In this document: positions 20,450-29,790 of the stretch, one piece after another | Numbering within the stretch: the stretch's first letter is position 1 | How the letters are laid out: the number at the start of each line of letters is the position of its first letter | DNA from: an uncultured Acidimicrobiales bacterium | GTDB lineage: Bacteria > Actinomycetota > Acidimicrobiia > Acidimicrobiales > JAHEJN01 | Assembly: GCA_963787285.1 (NCBI GenBank) | Contig: CAWBCM010000001.1 | Location: 32,914 to 96,913, forward strand | DNA length: 64,000 nt | Reading direction: 5' to 3' | Translations under genes and position numbers: made by a program | The notes under the pieces: generated by a model | Databases searched by the model: none | What the model saw: the letters and a program-made list of their open reading frames with translations, nothing else | Told to the model about the DNA's origin: nothing

Positions 20450-20567
20450 GGGTTGTCCTTCCGGGTTCGGCGCTTCGCCGAACGAGATCTGGTGCTGCAA
20501 CGCTATCGGACGGGCAGCAGGTACGGCAGCAGAAACCCGACCCGTCTGGTCGGTATTCCCGACGGGT

Positions 20568-21533
20568 TCAACCCTCGTTGGCCTCGAGCCATCGCTCGGC
20601 GTCGATGGCCGCCTGACAGCCCGATCCGGCCGCGGTGATCGCCTGTCGGTAGTAGTCGTCTTGTACGTCGCCGCACGCGAACACGCCTTCGACCGATGTC
20701 CGACTCGAGTCGGGTTCGGTGATGAGATAACCGTTGTCCTTCAGTGGGAGCTGACCCTCGAACAGCCAGGTGTTGGGCTTGTGGCCGATGGCGACGAACA
20801 CGCCGGCAAAGGGCAGCTCTTCACGATGCCCGGTGACGGTGTCCTCGACGACCACGCCCGAGAGTTTGGTGTCGCCGCGGTACTCGACGACCGTGCTGTT
20901 CCAGCGGAACTCGATCTTGGGGTTGGCGAAGGCGCGGTCCTGCATGATCTTGCTGGCTCGCAGTTCGTCGCGCCGATGGATGACCGTGACCTTCGAGGCG
21001 AACTTGGTGAGGAAGGTCGCTTCCTCGAGGGCCGAGTCGCCGCCGCCGACCACGGCGATCTCGAGGTCGCGAAAGAAGAAGCCGTCGCAGGTGGCACAGG
21101 TCGAGAGGCCATGACCAACGAGCTCGTTCTCGTTCGGTAGTCCGAGCATGAGCGACTGCGCCCCCGTGGAGATGATGATGGTCTCTCCTCGGTGAGTGGG
21201 CTCGGGTGCTTCGGGGTCGCCGACCCAGACGCCGAATGGACGCGCCGACAGATCGACTCGCGAGGCCTTCACCGTGATCAGCTCGGCGCCGAAGCGTTGG
21301 GCCTGGCCGCGAAACATCTGCATCAGCTCGGGGCCCATGACCCCGTCGGGAAACCCGGGATAGTTCTCGACGTCGGTGGTCAACATGAGCTGGCCGCCGG
21401 GCTGATCGCTCGTCGACGAGGGTTCGCCTTCGAGCACGAGGGGTTCGAGGTTGGCCCGAGCGGCGTAGATGGCGGCGGTGAGCCCGGCGGGACCCGACCC
21501 GATGATGATGGTCTTGCGGACGTCGGCAGGCAT
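20568..21533 (-). CDS. trxB: Thioredoxin-disulfide reductase
   Basis: MPADVRKTIIIGSGPAGLTAAIYAARA, the redox CATCDG motif and an NADPH-binding GGGDSALEEA. ATG 21533 lies inside the longer ORF 20568..21953. Confidence 0.96.
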   Translation of the reverse strand: MPADVRKTIIIGSGPAGLTAAIYAARANLEPLVLEGEPSSTSDQPGGQLMLTTDVENYPGFPDGVMGPELMQMFRGQAQRFGAELITVKASRVDLSARPFGVWVGDPEAPEPTHRGETIIISTGAQSLMLGLPNENELVGHGLSTCATCDGFFFRDLEIAVVGGGDSALEEATFLTKFASKVTVIHRRDELRASKIMQDRAFANPKIEFRWNSTVVEYRGDTKLSGVVVEDTVTGHREELPFAGVFVAIGHKPNTWLFEGQLPLKDNGYLITEPDSSRTSVEGVFACGDVQDDYYRQAITAAGSGCQAAIDAERWLEANEG

Positions 21534-21586
21534 GACGGCGAACTCCTGGAGGCAGCGATGACGGTGGACGAGAGGGGAACCCGGGG

Positions 21587-21946
21587 CTATTCCCGGAATC
21601 CGCCGGCCGCGCCTCGAGGGCGCCGAGTCCAACAGAGTAGGCCGGCCAGGGTGAACACGGCCCCGACCACCAGGTAGATGGGCCCGACCGACCCCGGAAA
21701 CAGCTCGTCGAGGCCCCGCACCGATGCTGCGAGCATCAGCACGAGAGCGATGGGGGAAAGGAGCGCGATGACCAAGCCGTACACCACCGTGCGGGAGATG
21801 CCGATGGCCGGACCGGACGTCTTCAATCGGACCGTGTCGATGAGGTCGACGATTCGACTGGTGGCCTGCTCGGGCCAGTCGGGTGGCAGACCGGGGACGC
21901 CGGCGCCGCTGGGGCGTTCGATCTCGGTTGGCTCGGTGCTCGACAT
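21587..21946 (-). CDS. Small membrane protein (2 predicted TM segments)
   Basis: 119-aa ORF between the anti-sigma gene and trxB, with hydrophobic stretches VVYGLVIALLSPIALVLMLAA and IYLVVGAVFTLAGLLCW. Confidence 0.65.
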   Translation of the reverse strand: MSSTEPTEIERPSGAGVPGLPPDWPEQATSRIVDLIDTVRLKTSGPAIGISRTVVYGLVIALLSPIALVLMLAASVRGLDELFPGSVGPIYLVVGAVFTLAGLLCWTRRPRGAAGGFRE

Positions 21947-21989
21947 GGCGCAAGCCTATCCTCCGGGGTCCCCGCGATGCCGAGTCGAC

Positions 21990-22889
21990 CTACCGCTCGA
22001 TGATCGAGACCGGAACACACGCCGGAGCGTCGAGCTCGAAAATCGCCACGATCCGGGTGGTGGGACGGTCGGGTGCAAGGTAGGCAACCGCGCCGACCTC
22101 GAGGCCGCTCAGCGTCGTCTCGGTGGCTCCGATGACCTCGCCGTCGAGGCCGTCGATGAACGCGATCGTGCATGCCGGCAGGGGGGCCTCGGCGTCGAAG
22201 GCGGCGTCGTCGTCGGGCGACTCGATCCGGGCCAGCAGGACGTCGGCCAGGTCACCCGGGTCGGTCTGGGGTGGGAGAGCGACTCGAAGCGGCCCGGCGA
22301 CCTCGGCGAGGGGAGCGGCCTCCTCGGCTGCGGCCGGCTCCTCGGCGGCCGGCTCGGAGGTCTCGCCCATCGCTTCGTCGGCCATCGCTTCGGCTTCGAC
22401 CGGCGACTCGGACGCCGGTTCCTCGGCCGGCGCTTCGGTCGATTCGTCGGGCGAGCGGAGGTCGCCGTCGGCCGCGGAGTCGAGGACGGCATCGGATGCC
22501 TCGGCCGCAGCGTCGGCCGAGGCGACTGTCTCGTCGCGGTCCCCGGAGTCGCGGCTCAACAGGACCAGTGAGCCGGCCAACATGAACACGGCGATGACGG
22601 CCGCGATCGACGCGAGCCGCATCGCGCGCGCCGACCGACCCTGATGGGTTGCCAGAGAGGTGACGTTGGCGGCCGTGCTCGATGCTCGCAATGCGGCCGA
22701 GACGGCCTGGTCACGGTGACCGTCGGGGGGTGGGCCGACCGGCGCGGCGACCGCATCGCGCACGGAGCGAAGAGTGGCGGCCCGGGCGGTGAGGTCGGCC
22801 GACTGCTCGACTCGCGCCACCTCGTCGGCGGTGGCTTCACCGTCGAGATAGGCCGAGACGAGCTCGTCGAGTGTGGGGTCGTCGTTCAT
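21990..22889 (-). CDS. Anti-sigma factor (single TM, acidic extracytoplasmic domain)
   Basis: Starts MNDDPTLDELVSAYLDGEATADE, which is typical of anti-sigma N-termini. ATG 22889 overlaps the sigma stop (ATGA). It has the TM segment IAAVIAVFMLAGSLVLL and lies in the frame of ORF 21990..23243. Confidence 0.75.
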   Translation of the reverse strand: MNDDPTLDELVSAYLDGEATADEVARVEQSADLTARAATLRSVRDAVAAPVGPPPDGHRDQAVSAALRASSTAANVTSLATHQGRSARAMRLASIAAVIAVFMLAGSLVLLSRDSGDRDETVASADAAAEASDAVLDSAADGDLRSPDESTEAPAEEPASESPVEAEAMADEAMGETSEPAAEEPAAAEEAAPLAEVAGPLRVALPPQTDPGDLADVLLARIESPDDDAAFDAEAPLPACTIAFIDGLDGEVIGATETTLSGLEVGAVAYLAPDRPTTRIVAIFELDAPACVPVSIIER

Positions 22890-23344
22890 GAGGAATCGGG
22901 GGTAGGACGCTCGACGGCAGGGTCGTGGTTCCCGAGCGATTCGGCAAGACGGGCGCGGCCGCGGGCGATGCGCGACCGAACGGTGCCGGCGGGGATGGCG
23001 AGAGCCTCGGCGATCTCGGCGTAGTCCATGCCGAGCTGGTCGCGCAGGACGATCGGGGCGAGGAACTCCTCGGGGAGCGCGGCCAGTGCGTCGTCGATGG
23101 CCATTCGATCGACGACACCGGTATCGAAGGCGGGGGAGTGGTCGGCCTCGACCGCAGGATGGTCGGGAAGTCCGGGCACGGCGCGGCGACCACGTCGGCG
23201 CAACTCGTCGAGACAGGCATTGGTGGCGACTCGGTACAGCCAAGTGGTGAACTTCGAGCGGCCGTCGAAGCGGTCGATGCGGCGGGCGATCGTGATGAGG
23301 GCCTCCTGCGTGGCGTCGGCCGCGTCGGCGTCGTTGCCCGCCAT
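22886..23344 (-). CDS. ECF-type RNA polymerase sigma factor (SigM-like position)
   Basis: ORF 22886..23344 carries region 2 (ATQEALITIARRIDRFDGRSKFTTWLYRVATNACLDELRRR) and region 4 (MDYAEIAEALAIPAGTVRSRIARGR). Conserved region 2.1 (SDLALAEAARDGDQAALDALLRRHYDRVWSICRR) continues in frame upstream, with ATC 23461 as the only plausible start. Confidence 0.88.
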   Translation of the reverse strand: MAGNDADAADATQEALITIARRIDRFDGRSKFTTWLYRVATNACLDELRRRGRRAVPGLPDHPAVEADHSPAFDTGVVDRMAIDDALAALPEEFLAPIVLRDQLGMDYAEIAEALAIPAGTVRSRIARGRARLAESLGNHDPAVERPTPDSS

Positions 23345-23488
23345 GCGCCGACAGATCGACCAGACGCGGTCGTAGTGACGACGAAGCAGCGCATCGAGCG
23401 CGGCCTGGTCACCGTCTCGTGCCGCTTCGGCGAGCGCAAGGTCGCTGACCTCGGGACTGATGCGTGGAGCGTAGTTTCCTGCCGAGGT

Positions 23489-25039
23489 TCAGCCGGGGAG
23501 TAGGGCGATCTCGGCGATAGCGGCGCGAACAGGAGCGGGACCCTCGCCCAGGTCGGTGATCCAGATCAGCATCGCTCGGGCCGTGACGTCCCCGAGCTCG
23601 ACGCGCAGGCTCCCGTTGATGCCGGTCTGGGCGACAACGGCGGGTCCCCAACCGGCTCTGGTGTCGGGAACATCGGTGGCCAGGTAGAACTCTGCGGCCC
23701 AGCCCTGGGTGGGACTCTCGACGGTCACTGCGCCGATGGTCACGGCCTGGTCGAGCTCGATCACGACGCCGACGCCGGCCTTGAGCCCTCCGAGATCGCG
23801 TGAGTCGTAGCCCTCCGTGGTCCAGCTGGTGGCAGTGTCGCCGTCGACGGTGAGGGCCACGTCGGCATCGTTCTCGCCGGGGACGCCGGTTCCTTCCGGG
23901 TCGAAGGTGGTCACCGCAACGATGCGCGGCTCGGTCGCCGGGTCGTCGGTGGCCTCGGCCTCGACGGGCGCCTCGGAGGTGTCTCGGGCTCCGGGTGCCG
24001 GGGTGGCCTCCTCGAGCCCGACGGCCTCGCGGGCTCGGGTCACCGCGCTTCGGCCGACGTCGGTGGTGCCGATCAGCGCGCCGGCCACGGCCAATGCCAC
24101 GGCGATCGCCACGATGAGAACGGTCGGAACGATCCAGCGCCGCTCGCTGGCCAGCAGCGCCGCCGGTGGCTCCACCGCCACCAGAGCCGTCGAGTCGACC
24201 GGTGCCTCGGTGAGGACCGTGGCGTCGTCGGCCGCGAGCAGCGCGGCCCGCAGTTCGGCCGCTGACGCGTAGCGATCGTCGGGGTTGCGAGCCATGGCCC
24301 GATGCACCACCGCATCGAGGGACGGGGGAACGGTTCCCCGGGAGCTCCGAACGCGCGGCGGACTCTGATGCAGTCGGGCCAGGGCGACGGCGAGGTTGGT
24401 GTCGCCGGAGAAGGGCGCTTGGCCGGTGAGGCACTCGTAGAGCACGACGCCGAGGCTGTAGACGTCGGCGCGCCCGTCGACGGGTCCACCCTCGACCTGT
24501 TCGGGAGCGAGGTACTTCGCGGTGCCGATCAGGGTGCCGTGGTCGGTCAGGTCCTGCCCTGCTTCAGGCTTGGCGATGCCGAAATCGGTGACCTTCATGC
24601 GCCGGTCGTCGACGAGCATGATGTTGCCGGGCTTGATGTCTCGGTGTACCAGTCCGGCCTGGTGGGCGGCATGAATGGCCTCGGCGACCTGGGCCCCGAG
24701 GTCGCGGGCGAGCTCGGGCGACAGCGAACCGTGCTCGTCGAGGAACGCCCGCAGATCGACACCTTCGAGCAGCTCCATCACGATGGCTTCGACGCCGGGT
24801 TCGGTCACCGTGTCGAAGATCGACACGATGCCCGGATGGGAGAGACGGGCGGCGAGGCGGGCCTCGGATCGGAAGCGTTCGAGGAAGACCGGGTCGTCGG
24901 CCAGATGCCGATGGAGCACCTTCACCGCGACGCGGCGACCGAGCACACCGTCGTCGGCCTCCCAGACCTGCGCCATCCCGCCCATTGCGAGCGGCTCGAT
25001 CAGCCGATAGCGACCGGCGAGCAGCCGGCCGGCGGTCAC
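23489..25039 (-). CDS. Ser/Thr protein kinase with single TM and about 150-aa extracellular domain
   Basis: 516-aa ORF with a Hanks kinase domain (VAVKVL, HRDIKPGNIML, DFG, GTAKYLAPE), the TM segment WIVPTVLIVAIAVALAVAGALIG, and a C-terminal beta-rich domain (DGDTATSWTTEGY...). Confidence 0.95.
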   Translation of the reverse strand: MTAGRLLAGRYRLIEPLAMGGMAQVWEADDGVLGRRVAVKVLHRHLADDPVFLERFRSEARLAARLSHPGIVSIFDTVTEPGVEAIVMELLEGVDLRAFLDEHGSLSPELARDLGAQVAEAIHAAHQAGLVHRDIKPGNIMLVDDRRMKVTDFGIAKPEAGQDLTDHGTLIGTAKYLAPEQVEGGPVDGRADVYSLGVVLYECLTGQAPFSGDTNLAVALARLHQSPPRVRSSRGTVPPSLDAVVHRAMARNPDDRYASAAELRAALLAADDATVLTEAPVDSTALVAVEPPAALLASERRWIVPTVLIVAIAVALAVAGALIGTTDVGRSAVTRAREAVGLEEATPAPGARDTSEAPVEAEATDDPATEPRIVAVTTFDPEGTGVPGENDADVALTVDGDTATSWTTEGYDSRDLGGLKAGVGVVIELDQAVTIGAVTVESPTQGWAAEFYLATDVPDTRAGWGPAVVAQTGINGSLRVELGDVTARAMLIWITDLGEGPAPVRAAIAEIALLPG

Positions 25040-25116
25040 CGATTCGGCATGTCGGTCGGAGTTGGGGGCAACAGGGTCGATGCGGCCACGTTAGAGCTCG
25101 GCCGGCGCCGGATGGG

Positions 25117-25965
25117 TCAGGCGGGCGTCGGCGACGTGTAGGCGATACCGACGATTCCCTGACCGCCGTGGGTCCCGATGACCGGACCGATCGTGCCCAT
25201 ACGGACGCGCTCGATGTCGATGAGGTCGCCCAGGCTGGCAACGAAGTCGTCGATGTCGGGCGCAGCGGCGTGGACGATAGCGAAGTTCTCCGCGTCGGGT
25301 ACCTCGGCGATCTTGTCGCGCAGCCAAGCGAGCGCCCGCTTCCTCGTGCGTTGGCGTCCGGCCTCCTCGACCGCGCCGCTACTGAGATCGAGCAGCGGCT
25401 TGATGGCCAACATCGATCCCACGAGCGCTTTGGCTCCGCCCACTCGACCGCCCTTCTTCAGGTTCTCGAGGGTGTCGAGCACGCCGTACACGTGGGTTCG
25501 CTCGCGGAGATCCTCGACCAGGGCCACCACTTCGTCGGCCGACGCGCCGCCGGCGGCGGCTTCGGCGGCGAGCAGGACGATGGTGCCGAGCCCGGCGGTG
25601 ATCGAGCGCGAGTCGACCACCCGGATGTCGAGCTCGTCGGCCATCGCATCGGCGGCGGCCTTGGCCGATTGCCCGGTGGCCGACAACTCGAACGAGAGGT
25701 TGATGCAGACGACCGCGGTGGCGCCCGCGTTCGCCATGGCTCGGAACTCCTGTTCGAACCGACCCGGCGACGGCGCCGAGGTCTCGGGCAGGCCGGCGAA
25801 GGACGCCATCTTGCGGTAGAAGGTGTCGGGGTCGAGTTGTTCGCGGTCGACGAACTCGTCGTCGCCGAAGCGGATGTTCAGCGGCACGACGCCGATACCG
25901 GCCGCCTCGCTCTGGGTGATGGTGAGATCACAGGCGCTGTCGGTCACGATGCGCACATTGGTCAT
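25117..25965 (-). CDS. DegV family fatty-acid-binding protein
   Basis: 282-aa ORF with N-terminus VRIVTDSACDL and overall DegV-like sequence. Confidence 0.92.
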   Translation of the reverse strand: MTNVRIVTDSACDLTITQSEAAGIGVVPLNIRFGDDEFVDREQLDPDTFYRKMASFAGLPETSAPSPGRFEQEFRAMANAGATAVVCINLSFELSATGQSAKAAADAMADELDIRVVDSRSITAGLGTIVLLAAEAAAGGASADEVVALVEDLRERTHVYGVLDTLENLKKGGRVGGAKALVGSMLAIKPLLDLSSGAVEEAGRQRTRKRALAWLRDKIAEVPDAENFAIVHAAAPDIDDFVASLGDLIDIERVRMGTIGPVIGTHGGQGIVGIAYTSPTPA

Positions 25966-25991
25966 GGGGAAGTCCTTCGTCGGTGCCAGGT

Positions 25992-28001
25992 TCAGACCGC
26001 CTGGGGAGTCGGCACGTTACCGGCCGAGTCGTCGTCGGCGACGATCAGTCGTTGGTTCGGTCGCCGACTTCTGCGGGTTCGCATCCACCAGACGAGCAGG
26101 AAGAGCAGCGCGATTCCGGCGATGACCAGCCCGACGCCGCTGAGCGCGGTGGAGCGGACGGTGACCCGAGTGGCGTCGAGGGTGATGCCTCGGTCGGGGG
26201 AGGAGATGGTGAGGTCGAGAACGGAGTCGCCGGAGGTCCGGGCCGCGACATCGAGGGAGATCTCGTGCACGCCGGGTGGGATGTCGACGATCACGGTCTC
26301 GCCGTCGGGGAACTCGAGCTTCTCACTGCTCATCGACACCAGGACCGAAACCGGGCGGCCGGTGCCGTTCTCGATCAGGACCGGGACCGCTCCTTCGCGT
26401 GCCGCGAAGGTGATGCGGCGCGGCGGGTCGATGAGACGAATCGCCGCCGTCGAGCGGCCGACCTCGGCGGTGATGGACCGGAGGTACTGGTCGGACTGGG
26501 TGGTCGAGAGGTCGGCGGCGCCGGCGATCAGGAGCAGGTCGTTCATCTCCGCGAGGGCACCGTCGTCGGGCCCGACCAGGCGGGAGAAGCTGAACAGATC
26601 GGCTGCGGTGGTGCTGTAGCGACGGGAGAACGCCGAGAGATCGAACGCCGGCGAGCTCTCGATGTCGCGATCGAGAATGAAGCCGAACTCTGCGTCCTGA
26701 CCGCCTTCGAAGGCCGTACCCACCGCTTCGAACCACGTGTCGATCGTGACCGGTGAGAGAATCGGGTTCGCGTCGATGCCGTCGAGCACGATGCGCAGCA
26801 GTCCTGCATCGGCCCTCCAGTCTTCGGGCGGGGCGGCGATGACACCGCGTGGCCGCCCGGGTTGATCGAAGAAAAGGACCGACATCTCGGCGAGGATCTG
26901 GTGGGCCGCCAACGTGGGATCGGCGCCGATGGCGAAGCGGGCGGCGAGGTCCTGATCGATCACCGCCGCGGGGTACCGCTGCCCGTTGGCGTCCTCGACC
27001 AGGAACTGCTCGGTCAGCGTCAGCGGAAAGGCGACCTCGTCGAGCGGCTCGAGTTGGTCCTCCTCGAACACGATCTTCTCGTAGCCGAGACCACCGAGAG
27101 TGGCGAGGCTGTTGGTGGTCAGCGTGCTGCCCGCCAGCCAGATGTCGGGCGCAGGCTCGGTGTCGAGCAGGTCGATGGTGGTGGTGAGACCGGTTGCGAG
27201 GGCGTTGAGGTACTCGCTGTCGAGCCCGGCATCGAGCCAGGCCGTGATGTCGAGATCGACGAAAGGTCTCGGGAGCAGCAGGCGGTCGTTCAGCGCGGTC
27301 CGGAGAGCGTTGCGGCGAGCGTCGTCGAGTGAGCTGATGGTCTCGGGGGACAGCGACAAGGTTGCCGGCACGTCGGGCACCGCCCGCAGGGCCGACGTGA
27401 GCGAGTCGATGCTGCCCTGATCGGCCGGGGTGACCGAAACGACCCCGTCGGGTTGCAGCGCCACGTCGGTGCGCAGAGGCATCGTGAGCGCGACAGCCAG
27501 CGGCACCCGGCCGCCGAGGGTGTCGGGCACCCGCACGATGTGGGTGGTGAGACGCGAGATACGGGTGCCGTCGATATCGAGCAACGAGACTTCGACGGGG
27601 TAGACACCGGGCTCGATGAGGGTGAGGCGGCCCGGTTCGGGCTCGACGGTGAGCGGCACCGTGAAGGAGACGGTGGACCCTCCGGCGAGGCCACTCGACA
27701 CCGCGAGCAGTGGGAGGTCGCGAGGCCCGTCGGCAATGCTCGACTCGAACTCGCTGCGGTTGTCGACCGAAGGGTGAACGGTGAGCTCGACGCTCCCTCC
27801 TGCGGGTCCTTCGACGTCGACGTCGATCTCGAAGACACCGTCGGAACGGACCCACGAGGTCTGAGAGAGCAGGCGGAGGTTGCCCGAGACACCCGCACCG
27901 GCCGGGGGCGCCGACTCGACGACGAGGACGAGGGCGATGAGCATCGTGAGCACGGTCAGCACGCGTGTGAACGCACCGCCGAACGAACGATTCTCAGGCA
28001 T
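25992..28001 (-). CDS. Large secreted/anchored envelope protein (DUF6049/Rv3909-like)
   Basis: 669-aa ORF with an N-terminal signal/TM segment (LTVLTMLIALVLVVESAPPAGA) and a C-terminal TM anchor (GVGLVIAGIALLFLLVWW). Its position matches Rv3909 in the mycobacterial origin region. The family name is from memory. Confidence 0.75.
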   Translation of the reverse strand: MPENRSFGGAFTRVLTVLTMLIALVLVVESAPPAGAGVSGNLRLLSQTSWVRSDGVFEIDVDVEGPAGGSVELTVHPSVDNRSEFESSIADGPRDLPLLAVSSGLAGGSTVSFTVPLTVEPEPGRLTLIEPGVYPVEVSLLDIDGTRISRLTTHIVRVPDTLGGRVPLAVALTMPLRTDVALQPDGVVSVTPADQGSIDSLTSALRAVPDVPATLSLSPETISSLDDARRNALRTALNDRLLLPRPFVDLDITAWLDAGLDSEYLNALATGLTTTIDLLDTEPAPDIWLAGSTLTTNSLATLGGLGYEKIVFEEDQLEPLDEVAFPLTLTEQFLVEDANGQRYPAAVIDQDLAARFAIGADPTLAAHQILAEMSVLFFDQPGRPRGVIAAPPEDWRADAGLLRIVLDGIDANPILSPVTIDTWFEAVGTAFEGGQDAEFGFILDRDIESSPAFDLSAFSRRYSTTAADLFSFSRLVGPDDGALAEMNDLLLIAGAADLSTTQSDQYLRSITAEVGRSTAAIRLIDPPRRITFAAREGAVPVLIENGTGRPVSVLVSMSSEKLEFPDGETVIVDIPPGVHEISLDVAARTSGDSVLDLTISSPDRGITLDATRVTVRSTALSGVGLVIAGIALLFLLVWWMRTRRSRRPNQRLIVADDDSAGNVPTPQAV

Positions 28002-28692
28002 CGAGTCGCCGCTCCATGACGCAGAGGTCGGTCGAGCGTCGGGTGAAGCCGAGACATGCGTAGAATTCGAGCGCGCCGGTGTTGTCGACGGCAGTGTTCA
28101 CCAGCATCGTGTTCGCTCCTCGCCGCAATGCCCACTGCCGGGCATCGTCGACCAGGTGGCGGCCGAGGCCCCCACGCTGTCGGCGGGAGTCGACGGCGAG
28201 GCGCTGGAGATAGGCGGTTCTCCCCGCGACGCCGGTGATCGCGTACCCCACCGGCTCGAGGTCGCCGGCGACCCGGAATCGGGTGATCGGGGTGGCCTCG
28301 AGCGCGTCGGCGAGCAGGGAGCGATCGAATCGCCACAACTCGGGGAAGCACCGTTGATCGAGGGCGAGGAGGTCGTCGTGATCACGAAGCCGGCCTCGAC
28401 GGAGCTGGTGACCGCGCGCTCGTGGCGCCCTCACGAGGGCGCAGGTCAACAGCGCCAGGCGACCGGCAACGGTGAACCCGTTGGCGACGAAGGCGGTTCG
28501 CTCGACGGGGCTCAGGGCGGAGGTCCGCACGATGTCGATGCCGTCGGCGGCCAGATCGACGAGCAACGCGGCCACCGATTCGGAGCGGAGGGGCCGGTCG
28601 GTCGCCGGGAAGAGGTACATCCCTGCGGGGTTGTCGTGCCAGGGCGCAAGCCGCAAACCCTCGCGACCTTCCGGGGTGCGGAGGTCAGCCAT
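27994..28692 (-). CDS. GNAT family N-acetyltransferase
   Basis: 232-aa ORF with an acetyl-CoA binding motif ([20 protein letters not shown]) and a C-terminal [10 protein letters not shown]. It overlaps the downstream gene by 8 nt. Confidence 0.85.
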   Translation of the reverse strand: MADLRTPEGREGLRLAPWHDNPAGMYLFPATDRPLRSESVAALLVDLAADGIDIVRTSALSPVERTAFVANGFTVAGRLALLTCALVRAPRARGHQLRRGRLRDHDDLLALDQRCFPELWRFDRSLLADALEATPITRFRVAGDLEPVGYAITGVAGRTAYLQRLAVDSRRQRGGLGRHLVDDARQWALRRGANTMLVNTAVDNTGALEFYACLGFTRRSTDLCVMERRLDA

Positions 28693-28777
28693 GGGCGCCT
28701 CGGGCGCAGCCGGTGATCATGGACGACAGGCTACGACCTCGGCGCCGGAACGTTCCCCCGCCACTAACGTCGGGACC

Positions 28778-29788
28778 GTGAGTCTCGCTCTCGTCACCGA
28801 CGAACGGTTCATCGATCACGAGCCCGGACGTCATCATCCCGAACGGCCTCAGCGACTGCATGCGGTTCTTCGAGGACTCGACCCGTGGGCCGACGCCGTG
28901 GTGCCCCTGTCGCCGACGATGGTCGACGACGCGACCGTTCTGGCGGTGCACGACCACGGCGTGTTGCAGCGGGTGGTCGACACCGGTGCGGCGGGAGGGG
29001 GTCGCATCGACGCCGACACCGTGATGAGCACCGGCTCATTGGTCGCGTCGCGGTTGGCGGCCGGAGCCGGACGGGTCGCCGTCGAGGCAGTGAGGAGTGG
29101 CCGGGCCGACGCCGCGTTCTGCGCCGTTCGCCCGCCGGGACATCACGCAACGAGGTCGGTGTCGATGGGTTTCTGCCTGCTCAACAACGTCGCCATCACC
29201 GCTCGTCATCTCGTCACGCTGGGTGAGCGGGTCGCGATCGTCGACATCGATGCCCACCATGGCAACGGCACCCAGGATGTGTTCTTCGACGATCCGCGGG
29301 TGTTGTTCGTCTCGACCCATCAGTATCCGTGGTACCCGGGATCGGGTGCCCTCGAGGAGCGGGGTGTCGGCGCCGGCTTCGGATCGACCATCAACGTACC
29401 GATGCCGGCCGGAGCGGCCGGCGACGTGTACCGGCGAGCCGCCGACGAGGTGATCGTGCCTGCGATCGAACGATTCGCTCCCGACTGGGTGTTGGTGTCG
29501 GCCGGATTCGACGCGCACCGATCCGACCCGCTGACCGACCTCGGCCTCTCGGCGGGCGACTACCACGCGCTGATGCAGCGGATCGTCAGCGCTTCGCCGA
29601 CTCGTCGCGTGGTGGCGTTCCTCGAGGGCGGCTACGACCTGGACGCGCTCACCGCATCCACCACCGCACTGGTGGGCGCGCTGCTGGGCGAGACGCCGCG
29701 GCTCGAAGCCTCGACCGGGGACGGTCCCGGGGCCGAGGTCGTCGCCGCCGCTGCGACCTTGGTTTCGGCCGTACCGGCGGGTGCCTGA
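28778..29788 (+). CDS. Histone deacetylase-family protein (AcuC/Apha-like)
   Basis: In the frame of ORF 28472..29788 from GTG 28778. Motifs are [18 protein letters not shown] and EGGY. Confidence 0.9.
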   Translation: MSLALVTDERFIDHEPGRHHPERPQRLHAVLRGLDPWADAVVPLSPTMVDDATVLAVHDHGVLQRVVDTGAAGGGRIDADTVMSTGSLVASRLAAGAGRVAVEAVRSGRADAAFCAVRPPGHHATRSVSMGFCLLNNVAITARHLVTLGERVAIVDIDAHHGNGTQDVFFDDPRVLFVSTHQYPWYPGSGALEERGVGAGFGSTINVPMPAGAAGDVYRRAADEVIVPAIERFAPDWVLVSAGFDAHRSDPLTDLGLSAGDYHALMQRIVSASPTRRVVAFLEGGYDLDALTASTTALVGALLGETPRLEASTGDGPGAEVVAAAATLVSAVPAGA

Positions 29789-29790
29789 TC

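Noticed and set aside
21534-21953. 140-aa N-terminal extension of trxB from the track ORF start.
   Set aside because: The extension is Arg/His/Pro-rich and overlaps the separately supported membrane-protein gene in another frame. The FAD-binding GSGPAG motif follows directly after ATG 21533.
23462-23491. TGA read-through producing a kinase-sigma fusion, since the two genes share a frame.
   Set aside because: The kinase C-terminus is extracytoplasmic (after the TM segment), so a fused sigma factor would be on the wrong side of the membrane. An independent non-canonical start is more plausible.
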